Both the position numbers and the translations under genes were made by a program. Under the pieces are notes generated by a model. That model ran no database searches and was not told the DNA's origin. It saw only the letters and a program-made list of their open reading frames with translations. From assembly GCF_036588685.1 (NCBI RefSeq), contig NC_086383.1:12400001-12464000 (forward strand): a stretch of 64,000 nucleotides of DNA. The letters are read 5' to 3'. This document shows, piece after piece, positions 47,501-60,642 of this stretch (its first letter is position 1; every line of letters starts with the position of its first letter). This DNA comes from Mytilus trossulus (taxonomy: Eukaryota).

Positions 47501-49029
47501 CATTAGCTAAGTCGACATTCCTATGTATAGAAACAAGTGTCTGTGAACACAGCTAAGTTTTTTAGGAATACTACTACTTATCCATTCTCATTCCATTCCA
47601 TTTCACTTTCCTACCGGGTTTTTTCTAGAAATAAATATCGTCAACTTCCGATAGCGTTTATTTGAGGATTAGAATAAGCTGACCGATTCTTGGTTTATAT
47701 ATCCATATATATAAATCATAGCTGGGGTGTTAAAAATCACATCCCTTTTATGCATTGTTCAAAACGTTACCGTTGGTTTAAATTCTAAATACGAACAGAA
47801 AAAGTAAAATAAAAAAATTACTGAAATCCGAGAAAAATTCGAAACAGAAAGTCTGGCAAAAATTGTACACGTAGGAGTTCTTAACTGGAAGAATAAATAT
47901 GTCTAGGCTAGTTTAGTCCCAATAGTGTATTGTTATAAGCATTTTCGAGGACTCCTGTATTTTTCTGTAATGTTTGACTTTATGTTTTTCTTTCTGCTCA
48001 GAATGTTTATTTGGGGTGATTTAAAATAAATACCAGTGCAACGTCAAGTTCGTCAATCTTTCCTTTGTTTGCTTTGTTTACTTTGACTTATAGCAAGGAT
48101 CCCGGGGTTCCTTCAAACAACAATCAACTTATTTAGCTATATGACTCGCCATATATTTTATAAGTAAGGGTCGTTGTTTAGAGGTTATAAGCCGCGCAGA
48201 TAGCTGTAAGCCACGTATTTATTTTCAACGTAGAATTTAAGATAATCCCGTTCGGTCCATACAAAAAATACAAAAAATTTATTTTGGTAGCTCCTCCCCG
48301 TATGTTAATTATATTTTTGTAAGAATATTGTTCATGTATGGAAATATATCGGCTGCTCTAGAAGTTTAATGCACGTATCATTTTCTTCTATGTATTATAT
48401 ATACTGACGCTTACAATGTCAATGTTGACATAGAGCGGACATCAGAGTAGGCCAGTTTCGGGATACGGTTTTTAGACAATTCTTGTTATGTGACTTTCAT
48501 CACAACGTGACAAAATGTATTAAATTCATCGTCATGTCCAACACATGTTGAGACAACGGGTGAAAAGTTTGATTTTATGCTGCACAAAATAATTGGGAAA
48601 TTAAAATCTAATAAGATGGTCACTCTCCCTCAGACGTACGGGAATCAAGATTACGTACTTACGGAACATTAAGTATTTCTAACTTCGTATACCCTACATA
48701 ATGAAGATAAGGAAGTCCGGTGATCTTTTAATAGAACAGGGATACAGGCGCGCCTTCTATCTTGTAAATGACGTCATAAAGGTAGGCGAAATTGAAGATC
48801 CTTTCCGTCATGTAGTTAAGTTTAATGAGCCTTGCTGGCATCTAATGAATTCAATCCTGGTACAGATGATGAGTTAAAATATAACAGAAGTTGTATGGCA
48901 AATTCAGACTAACCCTTCGAATGCATATTATTCATGAAGTGTTTAATGCATTAATCATGGGTTTATCCTGCACAATCAAAGAACAATCAATACAGGACTA
49001 CTTCCTGTGTATTTTTCAGGAACATATCC

Positions 49030-49341
49030 GATATCATTTCACAAATGATATCGGATATGCTCCTTCCGTCGTAACTACAATCCCCTTCCCTTTCATGAAT
49101 GTGAACCACCGAATTAGCCTATTTACCGAATTTGTTAGCACATACGCAACACAGATGCCACCTGTGGACCAGGATCTGCTTACCCTTCCGGAGCACCTGA
49201 GATCACCCCTAGTGTTGCATATTCTTTAGTTTTCTCTGTTGTGTGATGTGTACTATTGTTTGTCTTTTTTCATTTTTAGCCGTTGTCAGTTTATTTTCGA
49301 TTAATGAGATTGACTGTCCCTCTGGTATCTTTCGTCCCTCT
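49030..49341 (+). mobile_element. Penelope-like 3' tail fragment
   Basis: Matches 27255-27590. Confidence 0.75.
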
Positions 49342-49830
49342 GTCAGAGAATTTGATTTTCTTTTGGGTGGTTAATTTTACCTATTCATTTTATTCTCCTT
49401 ATTTCTTTGAAACACATTGTTGTAGCGAAATCCAAAGTCCGAATGTGTCTAAGCGTATGTCCGTTCTAACCCCATCTAGTTCAGTGTCATAGAGAGGTAA
49501 ATCATCTATTATGGCGACGAGGACCACCGGTCTTTTGATTAAGAATGAAAAATAATCTATACCTTAAAGTCCTACCAAATTAAAATGTTTAATCCTTTAA
49601 CTTCACGTTCCGTTATCGGTTGCTCTCACAGCATTAATTATACAATATTTGGTGACTATTTGGAACACAACTTATCGACCTTGACAAAAATAACACCTTG
49701 TACACAGCTGCGTCTCTCTCATATTATATTTTTGCGGTGACCATCAGTTGTTAAAATATATGTCAATTGGTGTTTGGGGATAGTTGTCATTGGCAATCAT
49801 ACCACATCTTCTTATCTTTTAAGTACATAT

Positions 49831-50300
49831 AGGAATTGACAATGAGGGTCGGTTGGCATAAACATGTACGAGAAAGAATTTATTTCAGTTTCAAAATTGC
49901 AAATTTTCAGTTTATCTTTATTCCAATAACAGTTGAATAAGGAGGACATATATCCATATTTACTGTATTTCAAAGACTATGTTTCCTATCATAATTTCTT
50001 TGATAGAGTATTGATGCTTACAAGAAAATTTAAAAATTCACGTAGTAGGGTTAAAGTCGTATTTCGAAAAGGTTTACGAATGCTACCACGAGGTGGATGA
50101 TAGTAATGGTATCACAGGTCACACCTTAGGTATGTTCTAATTGTCGTCACCTAAATCTCGTCTCTGACATCACTGAATGAGACTTATTTCTTGATTAAAC
50201 CTGAAAGATACCACGGGTGGCACATGAGGAGGATGACAACAATCCATTTCGTAGTTTTCGGTTCGTCCATGGTATTTGATTGACTTTGTGTTGATCAATC
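49831..50300 (+). mobile_element. Old Penelope-like relic
   Basis: aggaattgacaatgagggtcggttg matches 26951; diverged similarity continues downstream. Confidence 0.55.
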
Positions 50301-50419
50301 TTACTAAACGCGTAAGGAACTATCATACCAAAAAGGCTTTAAAATGAAAAGTCAAATTAAATCAATATAATTTTGCCTTACTGAGATGGAACCTTGGTTT
50401 CTTAATAATTTCATACTTT

Positions 50420-50780
50420 ATCAACAGCTATAGGTAATCGTGCAGCATTCAACAATTCAAAATCTATAACACCCATATTCATGTAAAAAAAAACGAAATG
50501 CCAAAAGTAAAATTCAAACGAAAGATCTAACGGATTGATTTATGTACAAAACAATGAGCCAAAAACAATTATGATCTACAGCAACACACAACAACTATAG
50601 AATTACAGGCTCCTGATTAGGGATAGGCACATATGGAATGTGGCAGTGTTAAATATGATAGTGGATGCCCAATATTCCCTGAACCCGTGACAGCGGAGTT
50701 AACATTACACGTAAAACAAAACTAAAACAATCAGTTGAAAAGGGATTAACTCATTCGATCGTTACAAAGACACTAAATAA
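50420..50780 (-). mobile_element. SINE-like repeat (diverged antisense copy of 58547-58985)
   Basis: gaattacaggctcctga..gggataggcacat and aatcagttgaaaaggg are reverse complements of blocks in the 58547 element. Confidence 0.55.
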
Positions 50781-50888
50781 AGATATGAGAATAATTGGAG
50801 TTACCGACAACTAGTTGAAAGCCAGCATGTAGATCATTTTGCTCCTTGTAGTAAATAGTTATCAAAGATACCAGGACTACAATTTAGT

Positions 50889-50932
50889 ACGCCAGACGCG
50901 CGTTTCGTCTACATAAGACTCATCAGTGACGC
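50889..50932 (-). ncRNA. Minimal type I hammerhead ribozyme (intact) in retrozyme fragment 50851-50968
   Basis: Exact reverse complement of the subfamily A hammerhead. Confidence 0.85.
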
Positions 50933-51130
50933 TCATATCAAAATATTTATAAAGCAAAAGTAAAAGTTTCTCCAGCAATTTTCAATATAAAAGAACTTTC
51001 TTTATCTTACTTTTTTCTAACTGTTATTTACTACACTGTGCAATGATTAATGTTAACTATCTTTCCTCGTGTTATCCACCGACAACAATTGTCAGATGCA
51101 TTTTTTGTCCTTCCCTTTTCGTCAAAGTGT

Positions 51131-53048
51131 TTAAGCTATTTTACAAAGAGCAGCTTTACCAGATGTGTTAAATGTCACAATGAATGTGTTACTTTTCGGA
51201 GCAAAACGTATTGTACACGGATATTATAATCCCACGACTTTCCCCGGAATTAATCTTATTAATTGCCCATCTTTCGTTATTTGGTGGATGTTCATAGAAT
51301 TATAATCAGCAATGTAGATGTTTCCCGCAAAGTCAATTCCAATCCCTCTTGGACAATTTAGTTGATCGTCTGTATATGTAAACTTTGTTGTATTACCAAC
51401 TACATACTGGATACTTCTACTGTCAGCATGAATATAATCAGACTGCTTAATTGATAACACAAAATACGATTGACCATTTGTCTTTCGTTGGTTCACTTTT
51501 TGTCCAGATGATACATTTATCCATGTAAGTGTGGAACCACTACCAGTTATGAATTGGTCTTCATTTACAAAACATAATCCATATACTGGTATCTCTGGTA
51601 ATGTCAAAGTTTGTAAAAATGTCATCTTATCTTTGTCCACTATATATACAATATTCTCCGAAGATGATACCGCAACGTTTATTATCGTTATCACAGCAAT
51701 ATCATGAGGTTCACATTGAAGGGCCAATTCTGAAAGCAAGCTTTTACCATCGCCAGAATATTTCACTACTTTTTTCTTCGGACGAACTGTGAAGAGTAGA
51801 CAGTCTCCTACAAAAATGCCACTCCTAAAACCTCCACCATTACAAACGTCGATAATTTTTACTATCCTAATATTTCCGGTTCGGAAGTCGACATTACTAC
51901 CAAATAAATTATTTGGTGCTTCGTCAACTTGAAAGCCTCCTAAGGTCTTGGTATTCTTCTCAAAATCATCTATGCTAGATGACGGACTTAATAATACTGA
52001 TACTGTCTTTATATTTTTTATCAAGTCGTTCAATTGTCCTTCTAGTTCAGAGACCTCTGGTTCAATTTTATCGACTTCAATCAGGCACTGTTGCTCGGAC
52101 CCATGTTCCAGAACATAATTAATCACCGCTTTCCAGTTTTTGACAGCGCTTTTATAGGACGAAAACATATCTATATCATCTTTTATTTTAATGTTTACTT
52201 ACTTCTTGGTTGATGTTAACTCACCTTTCAGTCTTTCTTCTATTCTGTCTATATGATGTAAAAGTTCCCTTTTGATAGCAGTCACTCGTGTAGCAATCTC
52301 TTCTATTGAATTATCAACATTAGCTAAATTTTCATTTCGATCATCAATAATTTCACTTAAATTTTTGAAATGGTCTTTTAGCCGTTCTGATAAGCCTAAC
52401 GCTTTCGGTGACTGTTTGATACCGGAAGCGGCTTTTTGGATTGAAGTTACATTTTCACATTTACGGTGTGAAAGTGTAGCGCACGACGTACAACAAGGTT
52501 GGGAATGATCTAAACAAAAAAAAATCGATGATCTTCTCTGGATGCTCTACACAGTTTTGTACCTCACATACCTGGAAAGGTGAATCACCCGTGAGAATTT
52601 CTTTAATGTTGAGAAGTTTATGCCTTGCTGACATCTTAAATGTTTTGTGATATTTCTCGCACTGTTCACAAAATGCTTCCTCGCAAATCGTACACCAGCT
52701 TTTCGCTTTTGTACTTTCTTTGTTTACTTGACAGGAATCACACATTTTTTCTTCCTTTTGCATAGAACGTTTATCCAACATAGAAGCTACAAAATGGTTT
52801 GTTGGCAACACGGCTGCACATATTTCTAGCTGGTCTATTTCCTTTGATACAATCTTTCGACATATGGGACATTTGAATCCCTCTGTAATCTTTCCCTTTT
52901 CCAGAGATGACACAATGTAGGTATTGATACATGATTCACAAAACGTATGAAGACATGGTAGATGTTTTGGAATCTTGAATTTTTCTAAACAAATTGAACA
53001 AGTTAATAAATCATCGAAATGTGTTGTATCCTTAGTGGGAGTCGCCAT
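51131..53048 (-). pseudogene. TRIM pseudogene (RING, 2 B-box, coiled coil, NHL-like propeller)
   Basis: Paralog of 60643-62589; frameshift near 52520 and in-frame TAA near 52200 and at 51224. Confidence 0.85.
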
Positions 53049-53212
53049 TTTATAACACACTTTGACCGTTATACTTCCTTACCGAGGTCAATTATAAGCT
53101 ATTATAATAAACAAAACAATGTGATTACTGTAATAAATCTTGCGATCACAATATTTGCGCTTTGTTTTAGAGTAAATAATATTTGTCTTAATAGACAATT
53201 AATGAGTCACAA

Positions 53213-53603
53213 ATGAGTCTTATGTAGACGAAACGCGTACTAAATTATAATCCTGATACATTTGATTACTATTTACACTACTGGGTCGATGCCACTGATG
53301 GTGGACGAGAGCATCAGCAGTCAAGTAGTCAACACTTCGGTGTTGACATGAATATCAATAATGTGGTAATTTTTAATAAATTTTCTGTTTACAAAACTTT
53401 AAATTTTTCGAAAAACTTAGGATTTTCTTATCCCAGACATAGATTTACTTAGCCGTATTTAGTACAACGTTTTGGAATTTTGATCCTCAATGCTTTTCAA
53501 CTTTGTACTTGTTTGGCTTTATGAATATTTTGATATTAGCGTCACTGATGAGTCTTATGTAGACGAAACGCGCGTCTGGCGTACTAAACTATAATCCTAG
53601 TAC
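53213..53603 (+). mobile_element. Retrozyme subfamily A: partial hammerhead, monomer, then intact hammerhead (53539-53582)
   Basis: atgagtcttatgtagacgaaacgcg occurs at 53213 and 53548. Confidence 0.82.
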
Positions 53604-54139
53604 AAGTAGAAGGCTTGTTATAATTCGTTATTCTTGATAGGTATGTTATAACTATCATGGTGGTTATACAACAATATATCTATATTCAGATTAGATAAAC
53701 AGCAGTATTGTTTATATTTTGGAAGCAAAATCGTTCTGTTTTTTTCTTCTTAAGTACAAGTTACGCTATAATGTCACTTGTAAACCAAGTTCATATACTT
53801 TTGTTATTTGTGCTTCATTTTGTAAGAATTAAATATACAAATGAATCCGATAGTGCTCAACCAATGTTCAAATCTCGTTAATCGATTAAGTCAATCAATT
53901 GACAACTCATTAACAAGAAACGAAAAAGACAAGAAGACACACATACGAAGTATATGAAATACAACATGTAAAATAAAAACTGACCAACACAGACCAAGTC
54001 TTGTTAGTCATTAAGATCAGCTTTCTTGTTGCGGATCATAAATGCAAAGAGCTACGTATTCTACTGGTAAACTTAATGGCATTTCAGATGACAAATCTGT
54101 ATTTGATTTGGTTATCAAGAAACATTTGCGTGTAGACAT

Positions 54140-55420
54140 AGCTAGTGATTTTCAATGTATTTACCTTGTTGCAAAAGGTAGACTAGATAAGCAGCATTTA
54201 TAAATATACCATCGGCAAACTTATTTACAGTACAAAAACTTCTTTCTTAAGGAGATTTACAAGTTAAACTTTCTATTTTGTCAATGCTGCATTTCATCTG
54301 AACATTTGTGTGTATTTAACATCTTTCAGTGGGGTTTTTTTTTTTCGTTGGATTTTCCTTATCATTCTCATTTTGTTTTTAAATTATATTTTCCATCTTT
54401 CTTTGTTATGTAATTATTCAATTAATTCCTGTTCCATGTCTTTGTAACATACCATGCTATGTTTATCAAAGTTTTAAATTGGAGTTATTACTGTAAGGAA
54501 ACATATAAATACAAGCTGGATGCAGCATGTTTCTGAATTATATTAGTACAGTGTGTTTCGTATTATGAAAAATCACTGTGATGATGACGAATAAATATGT
54601 TTAAAAAAAATAATGCTTCTCGTAATTTACTTAAATCATAATGTAAGAATGTTGAACAACGAATTAGAGATCTTCTCAAGAGAATTAATTTCAAAAGTAC
54701 AATCGACAACTCATCTACGTTATCGTTCTATCAAAAACTCGTAGAGGACTAATTCTGACTAGTTGTTTTAAATTGTCTCAAACTTTTTATGTATAGCTTG
54801 CTATGTATTCTTCAATACTAAGTCTGTGAACTATATAAACTCATTAATGAATAGAGATTGTGTTCTTGCAGTAACTGCATTGGTGGTTCTAGTTTGAATG
54901 TATCCTTCAATTCTCATCTACTCCTCCAACAAGCACACAGTGTTAGGGGTTAATTAGACCGCAGTAAAATTTTTGATATTAATACGATGTTGCCTTGTGA
55001 ATTGATATGATAAAAGGTCGACTTAGTATGACGGTCTATCTCTAGAGCAAGGCAGGATTATTCATATATTTTAAGAAGAGGTTATCATCCTCAATATTCA
55101 TTTCAGCTTTGTTGTTGGACGTCAAGCAACGATAAACCAATAATTCGTTAATCTATGGTCTGGTTTTTACTTAAATATTTGTTATCATGTACCTCAAGTT
55201 ATAATACATCTCTGGCTGTGAATATATGTGTCGAGAGTGTGTACTTTTTTTTTAATTTGTAATAGCGTTTTCGACGCTCAAATTTTCAAAGATTTTTTTA
55301 GCACCGCGTTCAACCGACGCTGGTGTGCACTCTTAGTCCTACAGGAGTTTTGTTTATAACACACTCCTCTTTTTTTCAGTAAAAATATAAAAAAGGAATC
55401 ATTTAAGATACTAGCTCCCT
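54140..55420. repeat. Segmental duplicate of 62650-64000 (TRIM inter-copy spacer)
   Basis: Long colinear similarity, e.g. gctgcatttcatctgaacatttgtgtgtatttaacatc and ggacgtcaagcaacgataaaccaataattcg. Confidence 0.85.
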
Positions 55421-55986
55421 CGGACAAGTTTACCTTCGATTAATTCCTGTTGGTCACGTAGATTCTAAAGTATTATGTATCGTTGGTTTTCAAATATATG
55501 GTTTAGAGCGTTCCTGGTGAAGTTTAATCCAAGAGCAACGCTTAAAATGTACCTAATTGGTTCAGTTTTATTATAATTATTTACTACTTAATACAGAAAC
55601 TTTTCTCAATTGCTACAACAGAAACATATTTTTATAGTTTGCGTTCTCTATGCATGTAATAAATAATCTACATGTATACATGACCGTGCATGTTAAATAA
55701 TTATCATCATTTATTTTTAAGAAAATAAAAATCCTTTTTTATTATATTTATTTGTTTCTCTTTTATTATTTGTAACTGCTAATATAAATGACTTTTGGTT
55801 TGATGAGTATTTGTTTACTCCTTGGTTTTAAAAGTTATTGTCTTATATCTGAAGGAGACGTAACATTATAATGTAACTCCTTTCTGTAGAGCAATTCTTA
55901 ACTTATAAAGCTTCTTATGTATATTGTCATGTCTAACGTCAGTTTCTTCATAATGACATTTGTGATTTATTTTCAAATAAAAGTAT

Positions 55987-57906
55987 TTAAATAGTTTCAC
56001 AAAGTGATGCCTTCCCTGAAATCAAACAGGTAACGATAAACTTGTTGCTGCCTGGTGCAAAACGTATTGTCCATGGACATTCAATTCCCACAGTTGTAGC
56101 CGGAATTATTCTAATAAGATTTCCTTCGTTTGTTATTTGATGGATATTTGCAGAATTATATCCAGCGATGTATATATTACCAACCATGTCTACTCCAATC
56201 CCTCTTGGACCTGAAAGTTTGGTATTTGTATAGGTGAATCTAGTCGTACCACCAACTGAATAATTGACTGAATTTTTATCGGTACCATATATATAGTCCT
56301 GTTCTCCTAGTGATAATACTAGTTCGAGTTACTTACTGTGTGTCTTTCATTTATTTTTTCTCCAGATGGAAGGTTTACCCATGTAAGTGTGTCATAAGAA
56401 CCAATTATTAATTGTTTTTCGTTGACACAGGATAATCCATATACTTTTATAAATGAAAATGTCAAAGTTTGTAACAATGTCATTTTATCACGATCCACAA
56501 TATATACTGCCTTCCTGGTAGATGAAACGGCAACTTTGTATTGTACTATCGTGGCAATATCCTGAGGTGCACTTGGAAGCAACGATTGTGATAGTAAGCT
56601 TTTTCCATCGAATTTGTATTTACTACTTTGTTCTGTTGACGAATTGTAAATAGTAAATAGTTCTGTATGAAAATACCACTAAAAGTACCGCTACCTTTGC
56701 ATACGTCGATTACTTGCAGAATTTTGATATTTCCGGTTCGGAAGTCTATGTTGGATATCCCAAGCATACCGGTCAACTTGCTATCAGGTGATTCGTCAAC
56801 TTTAATACATCCAAAAGTATTTGTATTCTTCAAATCAGCAATAGGAGATGAAGGACTGAAAACAACCGATATTGTTTTCCTATTTTTCTTTAAATCTGTC
56901 ATTTCTCGTTCTAGATCAGATATTTTCGGTTCGATTTTGTTAATTTCCATCATACATTGCTGCTCGGATCCGTGGTTAAGAACACTATCGAACATGTCTT
57001 TCCAATTTTTAACGGCACTTTTGTACGATAAACAAACGTCTATTTCGTCTTTTAATTTGTTACCAACTTGCTTCTTGGTTGAGGTCAACTCTACTTTCAT
57101 GGTTTCTTCCATTTTGTCAATATGCTTTAAAATTTCTGTTTTCATATTAGAGACGCTTGTCTCAATCTCTTCTATTGAATTCTCTACATCGGATAAATTT
57201 GTGTTCCGATTTTCAATAATTTCATTAAGCTGGTCAGAGTGTTCTGTCAGTTTCTCAGATAAGTCATTAGCCGCTTTTGACTGTTTGATACCGTAAGCGG
57301 CTTCTTGTATTAAAGTAACATTTTCACATTTAAGGTGTGAAAGTGTAGCGCACGACGTACAACAAGGTTGAGAATGATCCAAACAATAAAATTCTATGAT
57401 CTTTCCTGGATGATCTTCACAGCTTTGTACCTCACATACTTTGAAAGGTGTTATACCTGACTGCATTTTTTGAAGGTTTAGAAGTTTATGTCTTGCTGAT
57501 ATCTTAACGTTTTTGTGACATTTTTCGCACTGTTCACAGAATGCTTCCTTGCAAATAGTACACCAAGATTTTGCTTTTGTACTTTCTTTGTTTAATTGGC
57601 ACGAGTCGCACAATTTTACTGCCTTTTGTATTGCTTGTTTATCCAACATTGATGCTACAAAACAATTCGTAGGCAACGTGGTCGCCCATAATTCTGGCCT
57701 TTCTAATGTTTCCAATGCTGATACAATTTTTCGACAAACAGGACAATAATCCCTCGGTTATCTTTCCCTTTTCCACAGAAGACACAATGTAGGTATTAAT
57801 ACGTATCAAGACATGGTAGAAACTTCGGAACTTTAAAAGTTTCTAAACAAATCGTGCAAGTTAATAAGTCTTCGAAATGTTCAGTATCCTCAGTGGGTGT
57901 CGCCAT
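55987..57906 (-). pseudogene. TRIM pseudogene
   Basis: MATPTEDTEHFEDLLTCTIC start; deletions within the RING; frameshift near 56600; split over three track ORFs. Confidence 0.85.
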
Positions 57907-58289
57907 TATCAAAATAAACTATTAATACTTCCTTGTGTGCGTGTAGATATAGTTTAGTGTATTTACCTAGTTGTGACAGGTAAATTAGATAATCAATCTT
58001 TTTTAAGGGTATCGTTAACAACCTTCTTTTCAATACACAAGTTCTAACTAAACATGATTAATTGCAAGAGATTCACAAGATAAATTCACTATTTTGTCAA
58101 TGTTGAATTTCATCTGAACATTTGCATGACTCGTATTAAATGTTTTTTTTTTTTTTCTTTTAATGTTTATGACCCCTTCTGTGGCCTGTGAAGTATGAAC
58201 TTTTCAAACTGCAATAGTATTAAAACGGCAAAGATTATTAATAATAGAGATGGGCCATTTTGTCCATATACCAAGGGGAAACTTCGTTC

Positions 58290-58440
58290 AAAGCTCAAAC
58301 AAATCAAACGAATGGATAACAACTGTCATATTCCTGACTTGGTACAGGCATTTTCTCATGTAGAAAATGGTGGATTGAACCTGGTTCTATAGCTAGCTTA
58401 ACCTCTCACTTGTATGACAGTCGTATCAAATTCCATTACA
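58290..58440 (+). repeat. Dispersed SINE-like repeat
   Basis: tgtcatattcctgacttggtacaggcatttt...gctagc...cctctcacttgta; relatives at ~23720, 44770, 45180 and 45590. Confidence 0.6.
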
Positions 58441-58546
58441 AATACATTATTTTTTCTCAATTGCTCAACAGAAACAAATATTTGATATTTTGCGTTCTCA
58501 ATGTAATTTATTATTTATACATGATAGTTCAGCTTTAATAATTAAC

Positions 58547-58985
58547 TGGTCATATCCACTTGTATTTTTTGTCTATCTGACGAGTTAAGCCTTTTTCAAC
58601 TGATTTTTATAGTTCGTTCTTATGTTGTACTGTTATACCACTGTCCCAGGTTAGGGGAGGGTTGGGATCCCGCTAACATGTTTAACCCCGCCACATTATT
58701 TATGTATGTGCCTGTCCCAAGTTAGGAGCCTGTAATTCAGTGGTTGTCGTTTGTTTAGGTGTTACATATTTGTTTTTCGTTCATTTTTTTACATAAATAA
58801 GGCCGTTAGTTTTCTCGTTTGAATTGTTTTACATTGTCTTAGCGGGGCCTTTTATAGCTGACTTTGCGGTATGGGCTCATTGTTGAAGACCGTACGGTGA
58901 CCTATAGTTGTTAATGTTTGTGTCATTTTGGTCCATTGTGGATAGCTGTCTCATTGACAATCATACCACATCTTCTTTTTTATAT
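58547..58985 (+). mobile_element. SINE-like element (possible Nin/Deu-type core)
   Basis: gtgcctgtcccaag..aggagcctgtaattcag core and caatcataccacatcttc tail (also near 49790); absent from the paralogous spacer near 55690. Confidence 0.55.
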
Positions 58986-59541
58986 CGTCTTTTTTTTTTG
59001 ATATAAAATTAAGATCTTTTTATATTTTAAGGACACATACCATCATAATGTGACTTCTTTGCTGTACAGTAATTCTTAACTTATATAGCTCCTAATGTAT
59101 ATTTTCATGTTTCATGTAAGTTTCTTCATGTTGACATTTGTGATTTCTTTTCAAAAAAATAGTATTCAAATAATTTCACATATTGAGGCCTTCCCAGAAG
59201 TCAAACATGTAACGATAAAGATGTTGCTTCTTGGTGCAAAACGTATTGTCCATGGACTCTCAATTCCTACGGTTGTAGCCGCAATTAGTCTTATTAAATT
59301 TCCTGCGTTTGTTAGTTGGTGGATATTTGCAGAATTATATCCAACGATGTATATATTACCAACAATGTCTACTCCAATCCCTCTTGGAACTGCAAGTTAG
59401 TTGTTTGTATAGGAAAACTTTGTCACATAACCGACTGAATAATTGACTGAATTCATACTGGTACCATAAATATATATATATATATATATATATGTGTGTA
59501 TGGTGATAAAACAAAGTTAGAGTTACTACTAGTCTGTCTTC

Positions 59542-59928
59542 CTGGCGTATAAAATTATAATCCTGGTACCTTTGATAACTATTTACACAACTGGGTCGAT
59601 GCCACTGCTGGTGGAAGTTTCGTCCCCGAGGGTATCACCAGCCCAGTAGTCAGCACTTCGGTGTTGACATGAATATCAATTATGTGGTCATTTTTATAAA
59701 TTACCTGTTACAAAACTTTGAATTAATCGAAAAACTGAGGATTTTCTTATCCCAGGAATAGATTACCTTAGCCGTATTTGGCACAACTTTTTGGAATTTT
59801 GGGTCCTCAATGCTCTACAACTTTATACTTCTTTGGCTTTACAACGATTTTGATCTGAGCGTCACTGATGAGTCTTATGTAGACGAAACGCGCGTCTGGC
59901 GTATAAAATTATAATCCTGGTACCTTTG
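59542..59928 (+). mobile_element. Retrozyme subfamily A full monomer (354 nt) plus ~32 nt terminal redundancy
   Basis: ctggcgtataaaattataatcctggtacctttg occurs at 59542 and 59896. Confidence 0.88.
59859..59902 (+). ncRNA. Minimal type I hammerhead ribozyme (intact)
   Basis: GCGTCA-CTGATGA-GTCT tatgt AGAC-GAAA-CGCGCGTC^TGGCGT. Confidence 0.88.
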
Positions 59929-60642
59929 TGACTAATTCCGTCCATTTGTTCTACAGATGGAATGACTATCCATGTAAGTTTGTTACTAGAACCAATTATT
60001 AATTGTGTCTCGTTGACACAGGATAATCCATATACTTGTATAAATGGAAATGTCGAAGTTTGTAACAATGTCATTGTATCACTATCAACAATATATACTG
60101 GTAGACGAAACGGCAACTTTGAATTGTATTATGGTAGAAATATCCTCGGGTGAATATGGACGCAACAATTGTGATAGTAATATGACATTCAATATTATTA
60201 AGTTTAGTAATCACTCTTTTTCAGTTTTAGTTTCTTATCGCTATCTGGTCTCAAATGGGAGTCATATTCGGCACTATCTGAACGCTGTTTTACCAAACAT
60301 AACATAACTTTAGTTACACATGTTACAGTGTCACACCAAACACTTCAGGTAGCTTACTTTTTATTATAAACATTCGTAAAGTATTATGTGATATAGAATA
60401 AAGAAAAATAGATTTTTAATTAAAATCAATTTAAGTAAGCATATAATTCTTTAAATGTCCGAATATATTTTAATGTGTCGTTTCTTTATATGAACGCATA
60501 TGTAAATTTCCTTGACTTTTTCTATTATACCATGAGTTTGTATCGTTTAAATAAATCTCATATTTGATACACGAATCCTGCGTATGGTACTTAGGGTGGT
60601 AGGGTGGTAAGTTGATAAAAGAGATGCAGTATCCATGAGATT

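Larger units (their letters stand above)
59165..60180 (-). pseudogene. 3' fragment of a TRIM gene (propeller only), interrupted by a retrozyme and (TA)n
   Basis: Colinear with 55987-56597; contains a stop and insertions. Confidence 0.8.

Noticed and set aside
58577-58610. CTGACGA followed by a short stem as another hammerhead
   Set aside because: No GAAA after the stem and no stem I or III.
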